A stretch of DNA of 64,000 nucleotides from an uncultured Clostridia bacterium (GCA_947073045.1 CAMTJU010000005.1:2187-66186), one strand, 5' to 3'. Positions 1 to 11,466 are shown, counted from the first letter of the stretch. The notes: generated from the letters alone by a model not told the origin. Translations and numbers: made by a program.

Positions 1-2621
1 TCATTTTCGCATAAAAAAGAGAAAATATTTGTACGGTTATTTTCTTTTAATAAGTTGTATACAGTATTAAAATTTTCATTTGTTATTACAGATTGTATTA
101 ATTGTCTCGGTATAAATATTTCTGCAAATAAATAGAAAATTGTATTTGGAGGGAAAAATTTTAATGCAAAATCACTAAAATTTGACTTTAAGATTGAGTC
201 ATTATCACAATTTTTCAGAAAATTAATCATAGAATATGGTGAAATTTTTTTATTTTCTTCTTTATTGTTGCAGTATTTAAATATGAAATTAATTATTAAA
301 TTACTGTCAGGATTAGTATCACGGTATTTATCCAACGATAATATTTTTAATTCAATTGGAATTGTTACTTCTGGAGGTAAATCTAATAATAAACAAGAAA
401 GAAAATGGTTATTTACAGAAACTACATTGCTTTCATCTTTTAATAATATTTGTGTTAACGACTCAAGCAGATATTCAACAATTTCAACAATTTCTTGTTT
501 ATTTAATTTTTCTTTAAAAGTCATTAAGCAATCTAAAATTTCATAACTAGTCTTTTTAGGATCTGATATAGTCGTATTTTTTAAATATTCACATATTTCT
601 TTAGAAGCTCTAGTTAAATTATTAGGTTCCAAAGTTTCCAATAATTTTACTAAATAAAAAAAATTGTTTTCATTTCTGTTAGATAAAAATGAGACAATAT
701 TTCCTTGCAATATATTGCTTAACGCATTGTACACCATATTAAAATTTTCACTTGTTATTGGATATTTATTTGATTTTTGTAGTAATGTTTGAATTAAAAG
801 AAAAATTGTTTCTTGAGATAAGTCATTTAATAAATTATCATCAAAATTATCGAAAACAAATTGAGAATTACACAAACTTAAAGTATTAACTATTAATTTA
901 GATGAAATTTTTTTATTTAAAGCATGTTTATATATAAAATCAAATATTATGTAATTGTTAATCCAAAAATCGTGACATCTATCCAAAATTAATGCCACGA
1001 ATTCAGCTGGAATATTAATTTCTTTAGGAATTTTATGTATGATGTCTATAATACAATTATTTACATTTTTATCATTATCCTTCGATAACATTTGTGTTAC
1101 TAAGTCAAGTAAATGTGATATAATTTTAATTTTTGAATCAATTTCATTTCCATAATAAAAATTTAATAATTTTGAAATAAATTTAATATTAGATTCATTT
1201 GGTTTTGGAGATGTTAAACATAAATCCATAACTTTAAAGTTATTTTCTGCAAACATATTTTTATATGCAATAGCAAAAATTGCGCTTGTTAATTGTTGAT
1301 TAGGTATAAATAATTTTGTAAACAAATCAATAATTATTTTATCAGGCAAATATTTTAATAAAGGAGCTAGGATGTTTTCAGATAAAATATTTTCATAATG
1401 CTTAAAAAAGTTAATTAATGAGTCAGCTGGAATTTTTCCATTTACTTTTTTATTGTTGAAATAATTAGATATCAAATTAAATAAAATTTCTTCAGATAAA
1501 TTGTCATTATAATTTTCAAGCAAATGACGTTTAAAACTCAATGAAAGACTTTCTGGAGAAAAAGCTGGTAATATATTTTCCAAAAAGTCATTCGTTACTA
1601 TGAATTTTTCTCCATTACCAAGGAACAATTTGTTATCTATAAATTTAACATGATTTTCAGGAAATTCACCTTTAGCGCAAAGTTTTAATAGATTTAAAAT
1701 ATTTTTGGTTGTTACGGATATTATTTTATTGCTAGCTGCCAAAATAATATCTATAATAATACTTTCTATTGTGTTTTTATTAAAAGAAACTTGTTGAAAA
1801 ATATCTTGATGTTCAGTTTGAATAATAGCAATTGCAAGACTGATTGGATCATTAATTTTTTCAAAGAGGTTACCAATAATATTTCCTGAAATTGCATTAG
1901 GATTACAAATGGCAAATAAATTTTCCCAGCTATTTAATTCACATAATTCTCCAGAAAGATTTTCAAAAAGATTTGTTATCATGTTTTCATTTAATCGAAT
2001 ATTAAATAAATGAGCCGTATCTACAACTAAATTTATAAATTTAGTTGTATCAATTGAGTTTTCTAAAGTTTCTTCTTCTTCTTCTTCTTCAATATTTTCT
2101 TCTATATCATCTTTTTGTGTAGGAATTAGCTTTAATGCGAATATATTTTCACGAGTTTTATAAGATGAAAAATAAAATAAATTACTCCAACCTTTAAAAA
2201 ATTCAAGCAAACTTGTGTAATTTAGGTATGTCATCGATAGCGGATTGTCATTTTTTTGTATTACTGATATAATTGATGTAAATAAATTAAGTTTATCATT
2301 ATCATTTGAGTCAATTTGATGCTCATCAACGAAATCATTAATATCAAGTTCAAGAATATTATTTTTACTATTAATAGTTTCTTTTATTGCATCAAAAAAT
2401 TTGTCGTCTATATCTTCTTCTTCCTCTTCTATTTCCATTTCTATTTCTATATTATTTTCATTTTCTTTTGGTTTTGGCTCATTTTTTTCATCTTTGTTAT
2501 TTGTTTCTACTTTCTCTTCCTCTTTTTTTGTTAATTCTGTATCGCTACTTGATTCTACTTCTTCCTCCTCTTCTTCTATTATTGTTTCCATTACTTCCGT
2601 TGGTTTTGTTCCTTTTTCCAT
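1..2621 (-). CDS. Large orphan protein (>=873 aa, runs off the left window edge); acidic Glu-rich N-terminus, then an I/L/N/F-rich, probably helical body
   Basis: Absent from the ORF track because its stop lies outside the window. I read the frame from ATG 2621 to base 3 and found no stop. GGGAGG RBS at 2629-2634. Begins MEKGTKPTEVMETIIEEEEEEVESS. Confidence 0.9.
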   Translation of the reverse strand, partial: MEKGTKPTEVMETIIEEEEEEVESSSDTELTKKEEEKVETNNKDEKNEPKPKENENNIEIEMEIEEEEEDIDDKFFDAIKETINSKNNILELDINDFVDEHQIDSNDNDKLNLFTSIISVIQKNDNPLSMTYLNYTSLLEFFKGWSNLFYFSSYKTRENIFALKLIPTQKDDIEENIEEEEEEETLENSIDTTKFINLVVDTAHLFNIRLNENMITNLFENLSGELCELNSWENLFAICNPNAISGNIIGNLFEKINDPISLAIAIIQTEHQDIFQQVSFNKNTIESIIIDIILAASNKIISVTTKNILNLLKLCAKGEFPENHVKFIDNKLFLGNGEKFIVTNDFLENILPAFSPESLSLSFKRHLLENYNDNLSEEILFNLISNYFNNKKVNGKIPADSLINFFKHYENILSENILAPLLKYLPDKIIIDLFTKLFIPNQQLTSAIFAIAYKNMFAENNFKVMDLCLTSPKPNESNIKFISKLLNFYYGNEIDSKIKIISHLLDLVTQMLSKDNDKNVNNCIIDIIHKIPKEINIPAEFVALILDRCHDFWINNYIIFDFIYKHALNKKISSKLIVNTLSLCNSQFVFDNFDDNLLNDLSQETIFLLIQTLLQKSNKYPITSENFNMVYNALSNILQGNIVSFLSNRNENNFFYLVKLLETLEPNNLTRASKEICEYLKNTTISDPKKTSYEILDCLMTFKEKLNKQEIVEIVEYLLESLTQILLKDESNVVSVNNHFLSCLLLDLPPEVTIPIELKILSLDKYRDTNPDSNLIINFIFKYCNNKEENKKISPYSMINFLKNCDNDSILKSNFSDFALKFFPPNTIFYLFAEIFIPRQLIQSVITNENFNTVYNLLKENNRTNIFSFLCEN

Positions 2622-2671
2622 CAAAAATCCTCCCGTATAATTTTATGTATAAAACACAACAATTCAAAATT

Positions 2672-2700
2672 ATTATATCAAAATAAAATGAAAAAAGCAA
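2672..2700 (-). promoter_or_regulatory. Sigma-A promoter of the large orphan gene
   Basis: TTGCTT-17bp-TATAAT with TG extension on the minus strand. Confidence 0.7.
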
Positions 2701-2742
2701 ATTTTTTTAAACAAAGAAAATATTGTGTACATATCAAAAAAT

Positions 2743-2776
2743 AAAACCTTTGATCATTTGTCAAAGGTTTTTATTT
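2743..2776. terminator. Intrinsic terminator after the V-ATPase operon
   Basis: AAAACCTTTGA-tcatttg-TCAAAGGTTTT hairpin flanked by A/T tracts. Confidence 0.7.
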
Positions 2777-2832
2777 AAATGTGTAAACATTTTTTCAAAA
2801 AAATTTGCAGTTTTTGAGTATTTATTTTTGTT

Positions 2833-3447
2833 CTATTTTTTATTCTTAATTACCTTGAGTCTTGTAAATTCATCACGATCATGTTCTTCTAAGACTTGCT
2901 GAATATTTTTTGTCAATTGTTCGTAAAGAGGTATTGTTACATTTTTTAAGGCATTTGCTCTTTTTTGCGTTTTGCGGATGTTCAGCGCTAGACGATATGC
3001 CGCATTTTCTATCATCGATAGCCTTACTATCAAATCTTTTACCTTGTTAAAATTATATATTGCTTCATCCAGTGAAGATGTCATGTTTGCAAAGCCATAG
3101 CTTGGCATATTTGAAGTTGAATTTTCATATGTCACAAATGGTATTTCAACGCCCATTACGCTGCGACTTTTTATTTTTATTGTGGATTCAAACTCGACGC
3201 CGTGGCTAAATCTTTCGACATTACTGATACCATTTTCTATATTGGCATTTTGTAGCGATGCATAAGCTTTTTCAAAGATTTCATTAATTACATCTTGAAT
3301 TTGCTTAGCGCGTTCATTTAAATCCATTATTTCGCGAATTAATACATTTCTTTTTTTATCTAATAACTCATAGCCTTGTCGCGACAATTTCAAAGTATTT
3401 TTAGCTAAAATTAAATTACCCTTTGTAGGAAAGAAATTTATATTCAT
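2833..3447 (-). CDS. ntpD: V/A-type ATP synthase subunit D
   Basis: PTKGNL...GYELLDKKR and KTQKRANAL motifs; last gene of the operon. Confidence 0.95.
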   Translation of the reverse strand: MNINFFPTKGNLILAKNTLKLSRQGYELLDKKRNVLIREIMDLNERAKQIQDVINEIFEKAYASLQNANIENGISNVERFSHGVEFESTIKIKSRSVMGVEIPFVTYENSTSNMPSYGFANMTSSLDEAIYNFNKVKDLIVRLSMIENAAYRLALNIRKTQKRANALKNVTIPLYEQLTKNIQQVLEEHDRDEFTRLKVIKNKK

Positions 3448-4826
3448 TAAAAATCACTCTCCGAGGTTGGCTGATAATATTTATCTAAAATTTTAGTACT
3501 TACGCGATCGAGTTCAGATTTTGGCAAAAGGCCAAGTATTTTCCAGCCCAAATCTATAGTTTCAATTATACTTCTGTTTTCAAATTTACCTTGTCCCAAA
3601 TAATATTGCTCGAAGAATTTCCCAAACTTAATATAAGATTTATCGAGCTCATTCAATTCATCTTCACCAATTACTGAAGCAAGTGCTCTTACATCGTTAA
3701 CGTGTGCATATGCTGAAAAAATTTGATTTGCTAAATCCTGATGATCCTCACGCGTAAAATCTTTACCTATTCCGTCTTTCATTAATCTTGAAAGTGAGGG
3801 CAAAATATTTATTGGAGGATAGATGTCTTTTTGAGAAAGGCTCCGATCCAAAACAATTTGTCCTTCTGTAATATATCCTGTTAAATCTGGAATGGGGTGT
3901 GTGATGTCGTCATTGGGCATTGTCAAAATAGGAATTTGTGTTACGGAACCACTTGTTCCTCTAACAATTCCGGCACGTTCAAAAAGTGACGCCAATTCCG
4001 AATATAAATAACCGGGATAACCTTTGCGACTAGGTATTTCACCTTTGGAGGAAGAAATTTCACGAAGTGCCTCAGCATATGCCGTCATATCTGTCAATAC
4101 AACAAGTATGTGCATATTTTTTTCGTATGCCAGATATTCTGCAGCAGTTAAAGCAAGGCGCGGCGTAATAATTCTTTCAGCAACTGAATCATTAGCTAAA
4201 TTCAGGAACATAGCGACGCGCTCAATAGCACCACTTTCTTCGAAGGTTTTTTTAAAAAAGTCGGCAACATCGTATTTAACACCCATCGCTGCAAATACAA
4301 TCCCGAATTTTTCATTGCTATTAATTCCTAAAGTAGCCTGACGTATAATTTGAGCTGCCAATTGGTCATGTGGCAATCCATTGCCAGAAAATATCGGTAA
4401 TTTTTGTCCACGTATTAGAGTTGTCAGTCCATCGATTGCAGAAATTCCTGTCTGTATATAATTTTTTGGATATGTGCGCGAAACAGGATTGATTGAGCTT
4501 CCGTTAATATTTCTTCGGCATTCTTCATAAATTTCATTCAAGCCGTCAATTGGTTGCCCCATGCCGTTAAATACACGTCCCAAAATTTCATCTGACAATT
4601 TCATTTTCATTGGCTGACCTGTAAATTTAATTTTGGTGTTATTTAGCGAAACATCATCATTATTTCCAAACACTTGAATAATTGTTTTATCCTGTTCAAT
4701 TTGAACAACCTTGCCCAATTTTTTATGCCCATTGACTTTTATTTCGACAATCTCATCATATGCAGCATTACTGTTTTCTAAAATAATAAATGAGCTGTTG
4801 ACTTCGTTGAGACCTATAAATTCCAA
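3447..4826 (-). CDS. ntpB: V/A-type ATP synthase subunit B
   Basis: [17 protein letters not shown] and [16 protein letters not shown] motifs; TTG start with GGAGGTG RBS. Confidence 0.97.
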   Translation of the reverse strand: MEFIGLNEVNSSFIILENSNAAYDEIVEIKVNGHKKLGKVVQIEQDKTIIQVFGNNDDVSLNNTKIKFTGQPMKMKLSDEILGRVFNGMGQPIDGLNEIYEECRRNINGSSINPVSRTYPKNYIQTGISAIDGLTTLIRGQKLPIFSGNGLPHDQLAAQIIRQATLGINSNEKFGIVFAAMGVKYDVADFFKKTFEESGAIERVAMFLNLANDSVAERIITPRLALTAAEYLAYEKNMHILVVLTDMTAYAEALREISSSKGEIPSRKGYPGYLYSELASLFERAGIVRGTSGSVTQIPILTMPNDDITHPIPDLTGYITEGQIVLDRSLSQKDIYPPINILPSLSRLMKDGIGKDFTREDHQDLANQIFSAYAHVNDVRALASVIGEDELNELDKSYIKFGKFFEQYYLGQGKFENRSIIETIDLGWKILGLLPKSELDRVSTKILDKYYQPTSESDF

Positions 4827-4840
4827 AACTTACACCTCCA

Positions 4841-6598
4841 TCAAGCATTTTTATATTTGTCATAGAAATTATCGATTTGAAGGAAATAATCATCTAACAT
4901 TTGGAGATTATCATTAGGCACATCATATTTTATAGATATAACCTTATCGTATATACCAGATGAATTCAAAACTCTCATTGGAATTCCAATATTAATAAGC
5001 AATTTAGATTTTTCATACAGATAGAGAATAATATCCATCATTTTCATTTGTTTTTCAAGTGGTACATATGTATCAAAATTGTGGTAAGCATTTTGTTGAA
5101 TAAAGCCCAGACGAATTACTTTTGATATTTGCAAAATCAATTTTTGATTGTCCGGCAAAACATCTGCACCAATTAATTTAACTATTTCCATCAGTTCGCT
5201 TTCTTCATTTAAAATTTTTAATAATTGATTTCGATTATCCATAAAATTCTCACCAACATTTTCTTCATACCATAATGCCAAATCATCCAAGTATTCCGTG
5301 TAACTTGTAAGCCATTGGATAGCTGGAAAATGTCTTGCATATGCCAAACTTCTGTCTAAAGTCCAAAAACATCTCACAAAACGTTTTGTATTTTGAGTAA
5401 CTGGTTCGGATAAATCGCCGCCTTGCGGCGAAACTGCACCAATTATTGTGATTGAACCCTCACTGCCATTTAAGTTTTCAACATATCCAGCCCGTTCATA
5501 AAAACTTGCAAGTCTAGATGCAAGATAAGCAGGGAATCCTTCTTCGGCCGGCATTTCTTCTAATCTTCCAGATAATTCACGCAAAGCTTCTGCCCAACGT
5601 GAAGTTGAATCTGCCATGATTGCAACGTGATATCCCATATCGCGATAATATTCCGCAATTGTAATTCCAGTATAAATACTTGCTTCGCGCGCTGCAACTG
5701 GCATATTTGAAGTATTTGCAATCAAAACAGTTCGGTCCATTAGCGGACATCCTGAGCGTGGGTCTATGAGTTTAGAAAAGTCCTCTAAAACTTGAGTCAT
5801 TTCATTGCCGCGCTCACCACAGCCTATATAAACAATAATATCTGCATCGGACCATTTTGCAAGTTGGTGTTGCATCATAGTTTTTCCCGTACCAAATCCA
5901 CCTGGTATTGCAGCAATTCCACCTTTGGCAATAGGGAACATACTGTCAATAATTCTCTGACCCGTAATAAGAGGACGATTGACAGATTTTTTTTTGCAGG
6001 TAGGGCGCACAATTCTTATTGGCCAAGTTTGAGTCATTGTAATTTCAAATTTTTCTCCATCTTTATTTTTAACGACTGCCAATATTTTTTTAATGTTAAA
6101 TTCGCCACTGTCTGCAATTTCAATTATTTGACCACTGATATTTTCAGGAATCATAATTTTATTCACAATAAAACTTGTTTCGCGTACAGTAGCTATAATA
6201 TCGCCATGTTTAACAAAATCGCCAAGCTTAGCAATAATCTCGACTGGCCATAATTTTTCTTCATCCAGACTTGAAACATGTACACCACTTGAAATAAAAA
6301 TACCCGATTGTTTTTCGATAGATACAAGCGGGCGTTCTATACCATCAAAAATATTACCGATGATACCAGGGCCAAGTGTAACCGATAGAGCTTTACCGCT
6401 TGGATAAACTTTATCGAAAAGTTTAAGGCCGCTAGTATCCTCAAAAACTTGAATAATTGCATTAGATTTATTAATTTTAATAACTTCGCCGATCAATTTT
6501 TTTTCACCGATTGTAACCATTTCAGACAAATGGAAATCATCATAGCCACTAACAGTTAAAACAGTAGCATTTATTTTAGTAATTATAGCCTGTGACAT
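4841..6598 (-). CDS. ntpA: V/A-type ATP synthase subunit A (catalytic)
   Basis: Walker A GGFGTGKT; [22 protein letters not shown] and [12 protein letters not shown] motifs. Confidence 0.97.
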   Translation of the reverse strand: MSQAIITKINATVLTVSGYDDFHLSEMVTIGEKKLIGEVIKINKSNAIIQVFEDTSGLKLFDKVYPSGKALSVTLGPGIIGNIFDGIERPLVSIEKQSGIFISSGVHVSSLDEEKLWPVEIIAKLGDFVKHGDIIATVRETSFIVNKIMIPENISGQIIEIADSGEFNIKKILAVVKNKDGEKFEITMTQTWPIRIVRPTCKKKSVNRPLITGQRIIDSMFPIAKGGIAAIPGGFGTGKTMMQHQLAKWSDADIIVYIGCGERGNEMTQVLEDFSKLIDPRSGCPLMDRTVLIANTSNMPVAAREASIYTGITIAEYYRDMGYHVAIMADSTSRWAEALRELSGRLEEMPAEEGFPAYLASRLASFYERAGYVENLNGSEGSITIIGAVSPQGGDLSEPVTQNTKRFVRCFWTLDRSLAYARHFPAIQWLTSYTEYLDDLALWYEENVGENFMDNRNQLLKILNEESELMEIVKLIGADVLPDNQKLILQISKVIRLGFIQQNAYHNFDTYVPLEKQMKMMDIILYLYEKSKLLINIGIPMRVLNSSGIYDKVISIKYDVPNDNLQMLDDYFLQIDNFYDKYKNA

Positions 6599-6609
6599 AA
6601 AAAAGCCTC

Positions 6610-7182
6610 CTATAGATTCGGCAGTTTAAATTCATTAAAACTTTCCTTTGATTTTTCGAGACGCTGCAAAAATGATTTATCAATAACAATTTTAGAATTT
6701 TGTAAATATATACGGTAGCCACCCCAAAAATTTTCTTTACTGATAAAAAATTCAAATGGGAATTTTTTTTGAAGATAGGCGAGTAAATCTTTGTCTTCAC
6801 TTGATAATTCAATCAAAGGATTTTCGTAATTTATTTTTTTCAATTCAGATTCAATATGCTCAAAATAAGCATGAGATTTAGCAAACTCAATTACTTTTTT
6901 TTCAACTTCATCGAACAATTCATTTTTTAATTTGGCACGTAAAAGTAAGATATTTTTTCGAGATAGTGAAATAGCTTCCACAATTTCTTTGTTTTTTAAT
7001 TGCTCGGACTCAAATTTTTTTGTATTTACTTTTTCAATAGCGCGTTTTAAAGATTTTTGTAAGTTGCACTCAAAATTGTTTTTAATATCATTTTTTACTT
7101 GATTAAAAATTTTTTCTCTTTTTTTTTGAGCCTCACTCGTCACAATTTTATAAAAACCTGATAATTTTTGCTGTACATCCAT
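6610..7182 (-). CDS. ntpE: V/A-type ATP synthase subunit E
   Basis: Coiled-coil N-terminus, GG...IDKSF C-terminal motif, position between F and A. Confidence 0.8.
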   Translation of the reverse strand: MDVQQKLSGFYKIVTSEAQKKREKIFNQVKNDIKNNFECNLQKSLKRAIEKVNTKKFESEQLKNKEIVEAISLSRKNILLLRAKLKNELFDEVEKKVIEFAKSHAYFEHIESELKKINYENPLIELSSEDKDLLAYLQKKFPFEFFISKENFWGGYRIYLQNSKIVIDKSFLQRLEKSKESFNEFKLPNL

Positions 7183-7194
7183 TTTCTCACCTTA

Positions 7195-7506
7195 TTAATT
7201 TAATTTTACGCCTATAGCTTCTTTTATGTAAGAAGTTATAAAATCCATGCTTCTACCTGAACCATGCCTATCTGGAATTTCGACAACAAGTGGCAATTTC
7301 CTTTCAAGCTTTATTTTATCAATCATTGGTGAATAATCACGCACCATTTTTTCCATTACAAGCAATATTCCTATATCTGTATCGGCAATAACTTTTTGTA
7401 GTGCAATTTTGAATTCATCTTCGCTGTGCACAACAACTCCGTCTATTCCTACCAATCTTAATCCTGTAAACGTATCGATATTATCGCTTATCAAATATAT
7501 TTTCAT
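7195..7506 (-). CDS. V/A-type ATP synthase subunit F
   Basis: DTFTGLRLVGI and PLVVEIPD motifs; 103 aa. Confidence 0.92.
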   Translation of the reverse strand: MKIYLISDNIDTFTGLRLVGIDGVVVHSEDEFKIALQKVIADTDIGILLVMEKMVRDYSPMIDKIKLERKLPLVVEIPDRHGSGRSMDFITSYIKEAIGVKLN

Positions 7507-7512
7507 TATTAA

Positions 7513-7935
7513 TCACACTCTGCCCAAAATAGTAAACGAAATAAGTAATCCGTATATTGCGATACCTTCGGCAAGTGCGACAAATATCAAAGCTTTTCCC
7601 ATTATTTTTTCATTTTCGCTGATTGCGCCTAAAGCTGAAGATGCTGCAGAACCTGTAGCAATACCAGCTCCAAGAGTTGATAAACCAGTAACAAGTGCAG
7701 CTGAAAGATATCCCATGCCTTGTGAAAATGGGTTTATGTCTGCAGTTGCCTGTGCGGCAGATATATTTTGGCTAAAAATGCAAATAGTGCTAAATATGAG
7801 AATGCCAAAGAAAGAAATTACATTCACCATCAAAATTTTTTTAAAGCGCGATTGCTTTTTCTCGCCAATATAAAAAATTCCCATTGGCAAAATAATACTC
7901 ATAATCAACAAAAAAACAACAAGATTCATATTCAT
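7513..7935 (-). CDS. ntpK: V/A-type ATP synthase proteolipid subunit K/c
   Basis: GAGIATG...ALAEGIAIYGL hairpin with the carrier Glu; extra N-terminal hydrophobic segments. Confidence 0.93.
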   Translation of the reverse strand: MNMNLVVFLLIMSIILPMGIFYIGEKKQSRFKKILMVNVISFFGILIFSTICIFSQNISAAQATADINPFSQGMGYLSAALVTGLSTLGAGIATGSAASSALGAISENEKIMGKALIFVALAEGIAIYGLLISFTILGRV

Positions 7936-8098
7936 AAAACTTCCTCCTAAAAATTAAATTATTTTTTAAAAATATCTTAAACGTTTGCACTTTTTTCTTC
8001 TTTAATATACACAAAAAAAATTACAAAAAAAATAAGCCAAACGCTCATATTAAAATTATTTTACAGAAAACTTAAACTATCTGTTAACAAAATTTTTT

Positions 8099-9967
8099 TT
8101 ACTTTTGATTAATAATATACTCACGACCATTTCCTCTGAAAAATCGCCCAAACATTTCATAAAACTCAAGTCTTAAAACTTGAATGCCAACAATCAAACC
8201 TTCAAGAGCAATTACAATAATGTTTCCCAAAAAAACTATAAACCAATTATACGAACCAGCTTCAGTTTTGGAAAGTAGCATAACAACACTCATCATTCCT
8301 GCATGACTCAATGCAAAAGCCCCAACTCTGACAAACGAAATAGTATTGGTAAAGTAGCTAAGCAAATTTTCAAAAAGTTCTATGATGGTTTCAAACAAGA
8401 ACAAAAAAATATTTGAGCCAATAGCATCTTTTTCTTTGCGCAAAATTTTTTTCAATGGCTCTGCAAATGCAATCAATAATAAATTCAAAATAGCAACAGC
8501 CAAGACTAGATAAATCCAAACCAAACTTTTTTGTGTAAAAATAAATACACACAACAACAATATACAAACATAAAAAATAAATCCTGATAGGCCGTTAGAG
8601 CCAAAAAGAAAATCGGCAAAATTGTGTGTCTTTATGCAGTTAATCAAATTAAAAATCATAGACATAAGTATTAAAAATATACCGGCGGCAATTGCAAAAA
8701 ACAAAATAAAATTGATATTGTCAGCAGGTTTAATCCAAACAGCCGGAATTAAATTTTCAAATCCAAACACGCTTCCATAAAGCATTCCAAAAATCATGGA
8801 AGATACACCAAGCGTTGACATAATTTGAAATAGTGGCCCTTTTTTTCTAAATAGGAGACCTGCTAAAAATAAAATAAGTCCCTGGCCAACATCTCCAAAC
8901 ATTAAGCCAAACAAAACTGTATACGTAATTGCCAAAAAAGGTGTTGGGTCAATTTCATAATATGAAGGGATACCATACATTTTTACCAAAAACTCAAACG
9001 GTTTAAAAAAAGAATTATTTTTAAGTAAAACTGGCGGTGATTCTTTAGGATTATCTTCGCGAACTAGCACAACAGATTCATCATTTCTTGTTTTATCTTC
9101 AAGAGCTTTATAAATTCTTTCGGATACCCAGCCTGTAAAAATAAAAAAATCTTTATATATGAGGGCACCAAATTTTCTTGTTTCAAAATCATCTTTGGCA
9201 CGCAAAATTTTTTTTGCAGCAGCAATTTCACGCTTACTTAATTTTTTTTCATCTTGTGATTTAATAATTGTAATTTCAGTTTTTAAATTAGCAGCTTTCT
9301 TGTTGAGTCCATTTAAAATTTCATTAACCGAGCCAGACAATTTTGTTTGATTTAAATAAAAAGGCAATTCAATTGGTTCAAAATTAAACGAAGTAAAAAT
9401 ATCATCCACACGTTTTGCAGATGAATTATAAGTAAAATAAGCACACCACATGTAATTTTTGTCAATTTCTGATTCAAGCAATAATATATCCTTTTCATTT
9501 TTCAAAAATGCTTCATACTGTTTGTAATTATTAAGCGGCATAAACCCAAATTTATAGTGCACAAATTTAAACATACTTAGTAAATGATAATTAAAGTCAA
9601 ACTCTTTAAAGTGACTAAACTTTTGAATCAAATCAATAACATTTTTATATTCACTTTCTAAATCATTAAGCCTTTGACTTTTTTCTTCATTAAATTTTTG
9701 CGCATTGTTAATTATTTTTATAGCATCTGCACTAGAAATAATCAAGTCAACTTTTTCATTTGTATCGTTAATTTTTAAAATATCGGCAGATTTTTTAGCT
9801 AATTCATCATAAGGATTAGATAAATCTAAATTGTGGACATCTTTGTTTTTTATTTTGCTTATCGCATATTCCAGATGGATATTGAATTTGGAAATGTAAT
9901 TTTCTATCACGTAATCAATATTTTTCATATACCCGATTAAATTTATAAAATACATTTTTTCTATCAT
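8099..9967 (-). CDS. ntpI: V/A-type ATP synthase subunit I
   Basis: EIDPT, FGLMFGDVGQG, NTISFVRVGAFALSH and LRLEFYEMF motifs. Confidence 0.95.
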   Translation of the reverse strand: MIEKMYFINLIGYMKNIDYVIENYISKFNIHLEYAISKIKNKDVHNLDLSNPYDELAKKSADILKINDTNEKVDLIISSADAIKIINNAQKFNEEKSQRLNDLESEYKNVIDLIQKFSHFKEFDFNYHLLSMFKFVHYKFGFMPLNNYKQYEAFLKNEKDILLLESEIDKNYMWCAYFTYNSSAKRVDDIFTSFNFEPIELPFYLNQTKLSGSVNEILNGLNKKAANLKTEITIIKSQDEKKLSKREIAAAKKILRAKDDFETRKFGALIYKDFFIFTGWVSERIYKALEDKTRNDESVVLVREDNPKESPPVLLKNNSFFKPFEFLVKMYGIPSYYEIDPTPFLAITYTVLFGLMFGDVGQGLILFLAGLLFRKKGPLFQIMSTLGVSSMIFGMLYGSVFGFENLIPAVWIKPADNINFILFFAIAAGIFLILMSMIFNLINCIKTHNFADFLFGSNGLSGFIFYVCILLLCVFIFTQKSLVWIYLVLAVAILNLLLIAFAEPLKKILRKEKDAIGSNIFLFLFETIIELFENLLSYFTNTISFVRVGAFALSHAGMMSVVMLLSKTEAGSYNWFIVFLGNIIVIALEGLIVGIQVLRLEFYEMFGRFFRGNGREYIINQK

Positions 9968-9971
9968 ACTT

Positions 9972-11003
9972 TTATACCTCTTTTAAATAAAGGTAGCTGA
10001 TAATTTTCTCAGAAGGTAAGTTGTATCTTACGCCTTCGATTAAAGAAGTAATATTATTTATTTCGAGTTGTTTTAGATAGATATAATAAACTGCGCTTAC
10101 AATATTATCTTTACTTTGCAAATAAAATTTATAGTAAATACGAGAGAGAGCTTTATAAAGTACGTGTTCGACTTTTAATTTCTCAGCTTTAAATAAATCA
10201 CCATAATAAGTATTATAAACTATTTTTTCAAATTCAGGCATAGTATTTGCATTAACAAGTAAAGAAATTTCATTTTCGGACAATTTATATTTAATAGGTA
10301 AAAGATATGAAAAAATAGTTGTATTATCAAAATTATAGTATTTTTTAATCCTATAGAGCCAACTTATATTAATTAAATCAATTTCCGTATCTTTTATTTT
10401 TGAAAGAATAATTTTGTTTTCACCATGCAAGTATTTTTTTTGTAAATTGTGCAAGTGAATATAATAATACAAATCGAGTTTCATCTCTAAATCAAATAAT
10501 CTTTTAGACTGTTTATACGTATCATTAAGCAAATCAAAAAATTGCGTACCGGCTAGATTATTAATGAATTCTTGAACGCTAGAAGAAGATTTGAGCTTGT
10601 TTACGTCTATATTTAACTTGTCTTCGATCAAAAAATTAAAGTCCGTTAATTCATACTCAATGTTACGTTTATCATAAATAATGCTTAAAATTAATTTAAG
10701 CACATGAATTTCATTGCGAAGAAAAAACGCACTTAAATACTTTTTTAATTCATAATCGAAAACGAAATTATAAATTCTTTTGAAATCACTCATAAGCGAT
10801 AACATTAATTTGCTTTCGATATAGCTGCGATGAAATTTCTCATGCTCGAGAGATGAAATAAAATCATGATAAGCATTGAAATTTTGCAATTTATTAGCGA
10901 TATCTTCAACATTTTTGGATTTAGACAATTCAATATAATCATCTAAATTGAGTAAATTTGCGCGCATTGCCTTAATTTTTGTATTAATAGCCGAATAGTC
11001 CAT
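9972..11003 (-). CDS. ntpC: V/A-type ATP synthase subunit C
   Basis: YSAINTKIKAM start and EINNITSLIEGVRY C-terminus. Confidence 0.9.
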   Translation of the reverse strand: MDYSAINTKIKAMRANLLNLDDYIELSKSKNVEDIANKLQNFNAYHDFISSLEHEKFHRSYIESKLMLSLMSDFKRIYNFVFDYELKKYLSAFFLRNEIHVLKLILSIIYDKRNIEYELTDFNFLIEDKLNIDVNKLKSSSSVQEFINNLAGTQFFDLLNDTYKQSKRLFDLEMKLDLYYYIHLHNLQKKYLHGENKIILSKIKDTEIDLINISWLYRIKKYYNFDNTTIFSYLLPIKYKLSENEISLLVNANTMPEFEKIVYNTYYGDLFKAEKLKVEHVLYKALSRIYYKFYLQSKDNIVSAVYYIYLKQLEINNITSLIEGVRYNLPSEKIISYLYLKEV

Positions 11004-11317
11004 TAATAATCCTCCAATAAGCTATTAAAAATATCGTTAACCCAATCATTTTTTTTTGAATCAAAATTATTTTTCATTTCTGAAATGAAATTATTATAAC
11101 CAGATGAAATTTGCTCAAGGCGCTCATTTTTCAAAATCAAATCGGACTTTTTTATATTATCGATTTCTATTTTTGTAAGTTCGTCTATTTTTTTATTAAG
11201 CTCAGATTTAATTAAATTGCTAACTTCATTCAAAATCAATTTATCATTTTCGGCACTAACTAAAATTTCGTTTGCAACGCATTCAATTTCAACCAGCTCA
11301 TTTACAATATCAATCAA
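11003..11317 (-). CDS. Probable V/A-type ATPase peripheral stalk subunit G/H
   Basis: 104-aa coiled-coil protein, first gene of the operon, overlaps the subunit C start. Confidence 0.65.
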   Translation of the reverse strand: MIDIVNELVEIECVANEILVSAENDKLILNEVSNLIKSELNKKIDELTKIEIDNIKKSDLILKNERLEQISSGYNNFISEMKNNFDSKKNDWVNDIFNSLLEDY

Positions 11318-11466
11318 TGTTTTTCACCTCGCATTTATTACAATATTTATACTACTAAAATTATTTTTTGTCAAGACAAATGCAAAGCACCCCTTTTATT
11401 AAACATTTATTTTTGTTCAACAAAAAGGGTGCAGAATTGTTTAAGTTTATATTTTGTTTTTTTTGT

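Noticed and set aside
265-2686. Plus-strand ORFs 265-546, 2316-2534, 2387-2686 and 2401-2640 (F/L/S-rich)
   Set aside because: They are antisense shadows of the Glu/Lys-rich minus-strand orphan and lack RBSs
7975-7990. cre-like TGCAAACGTTTAAG upstream of ntpK
   Set aside because: Imperfect match in AT-rich DNA with no supporting second site
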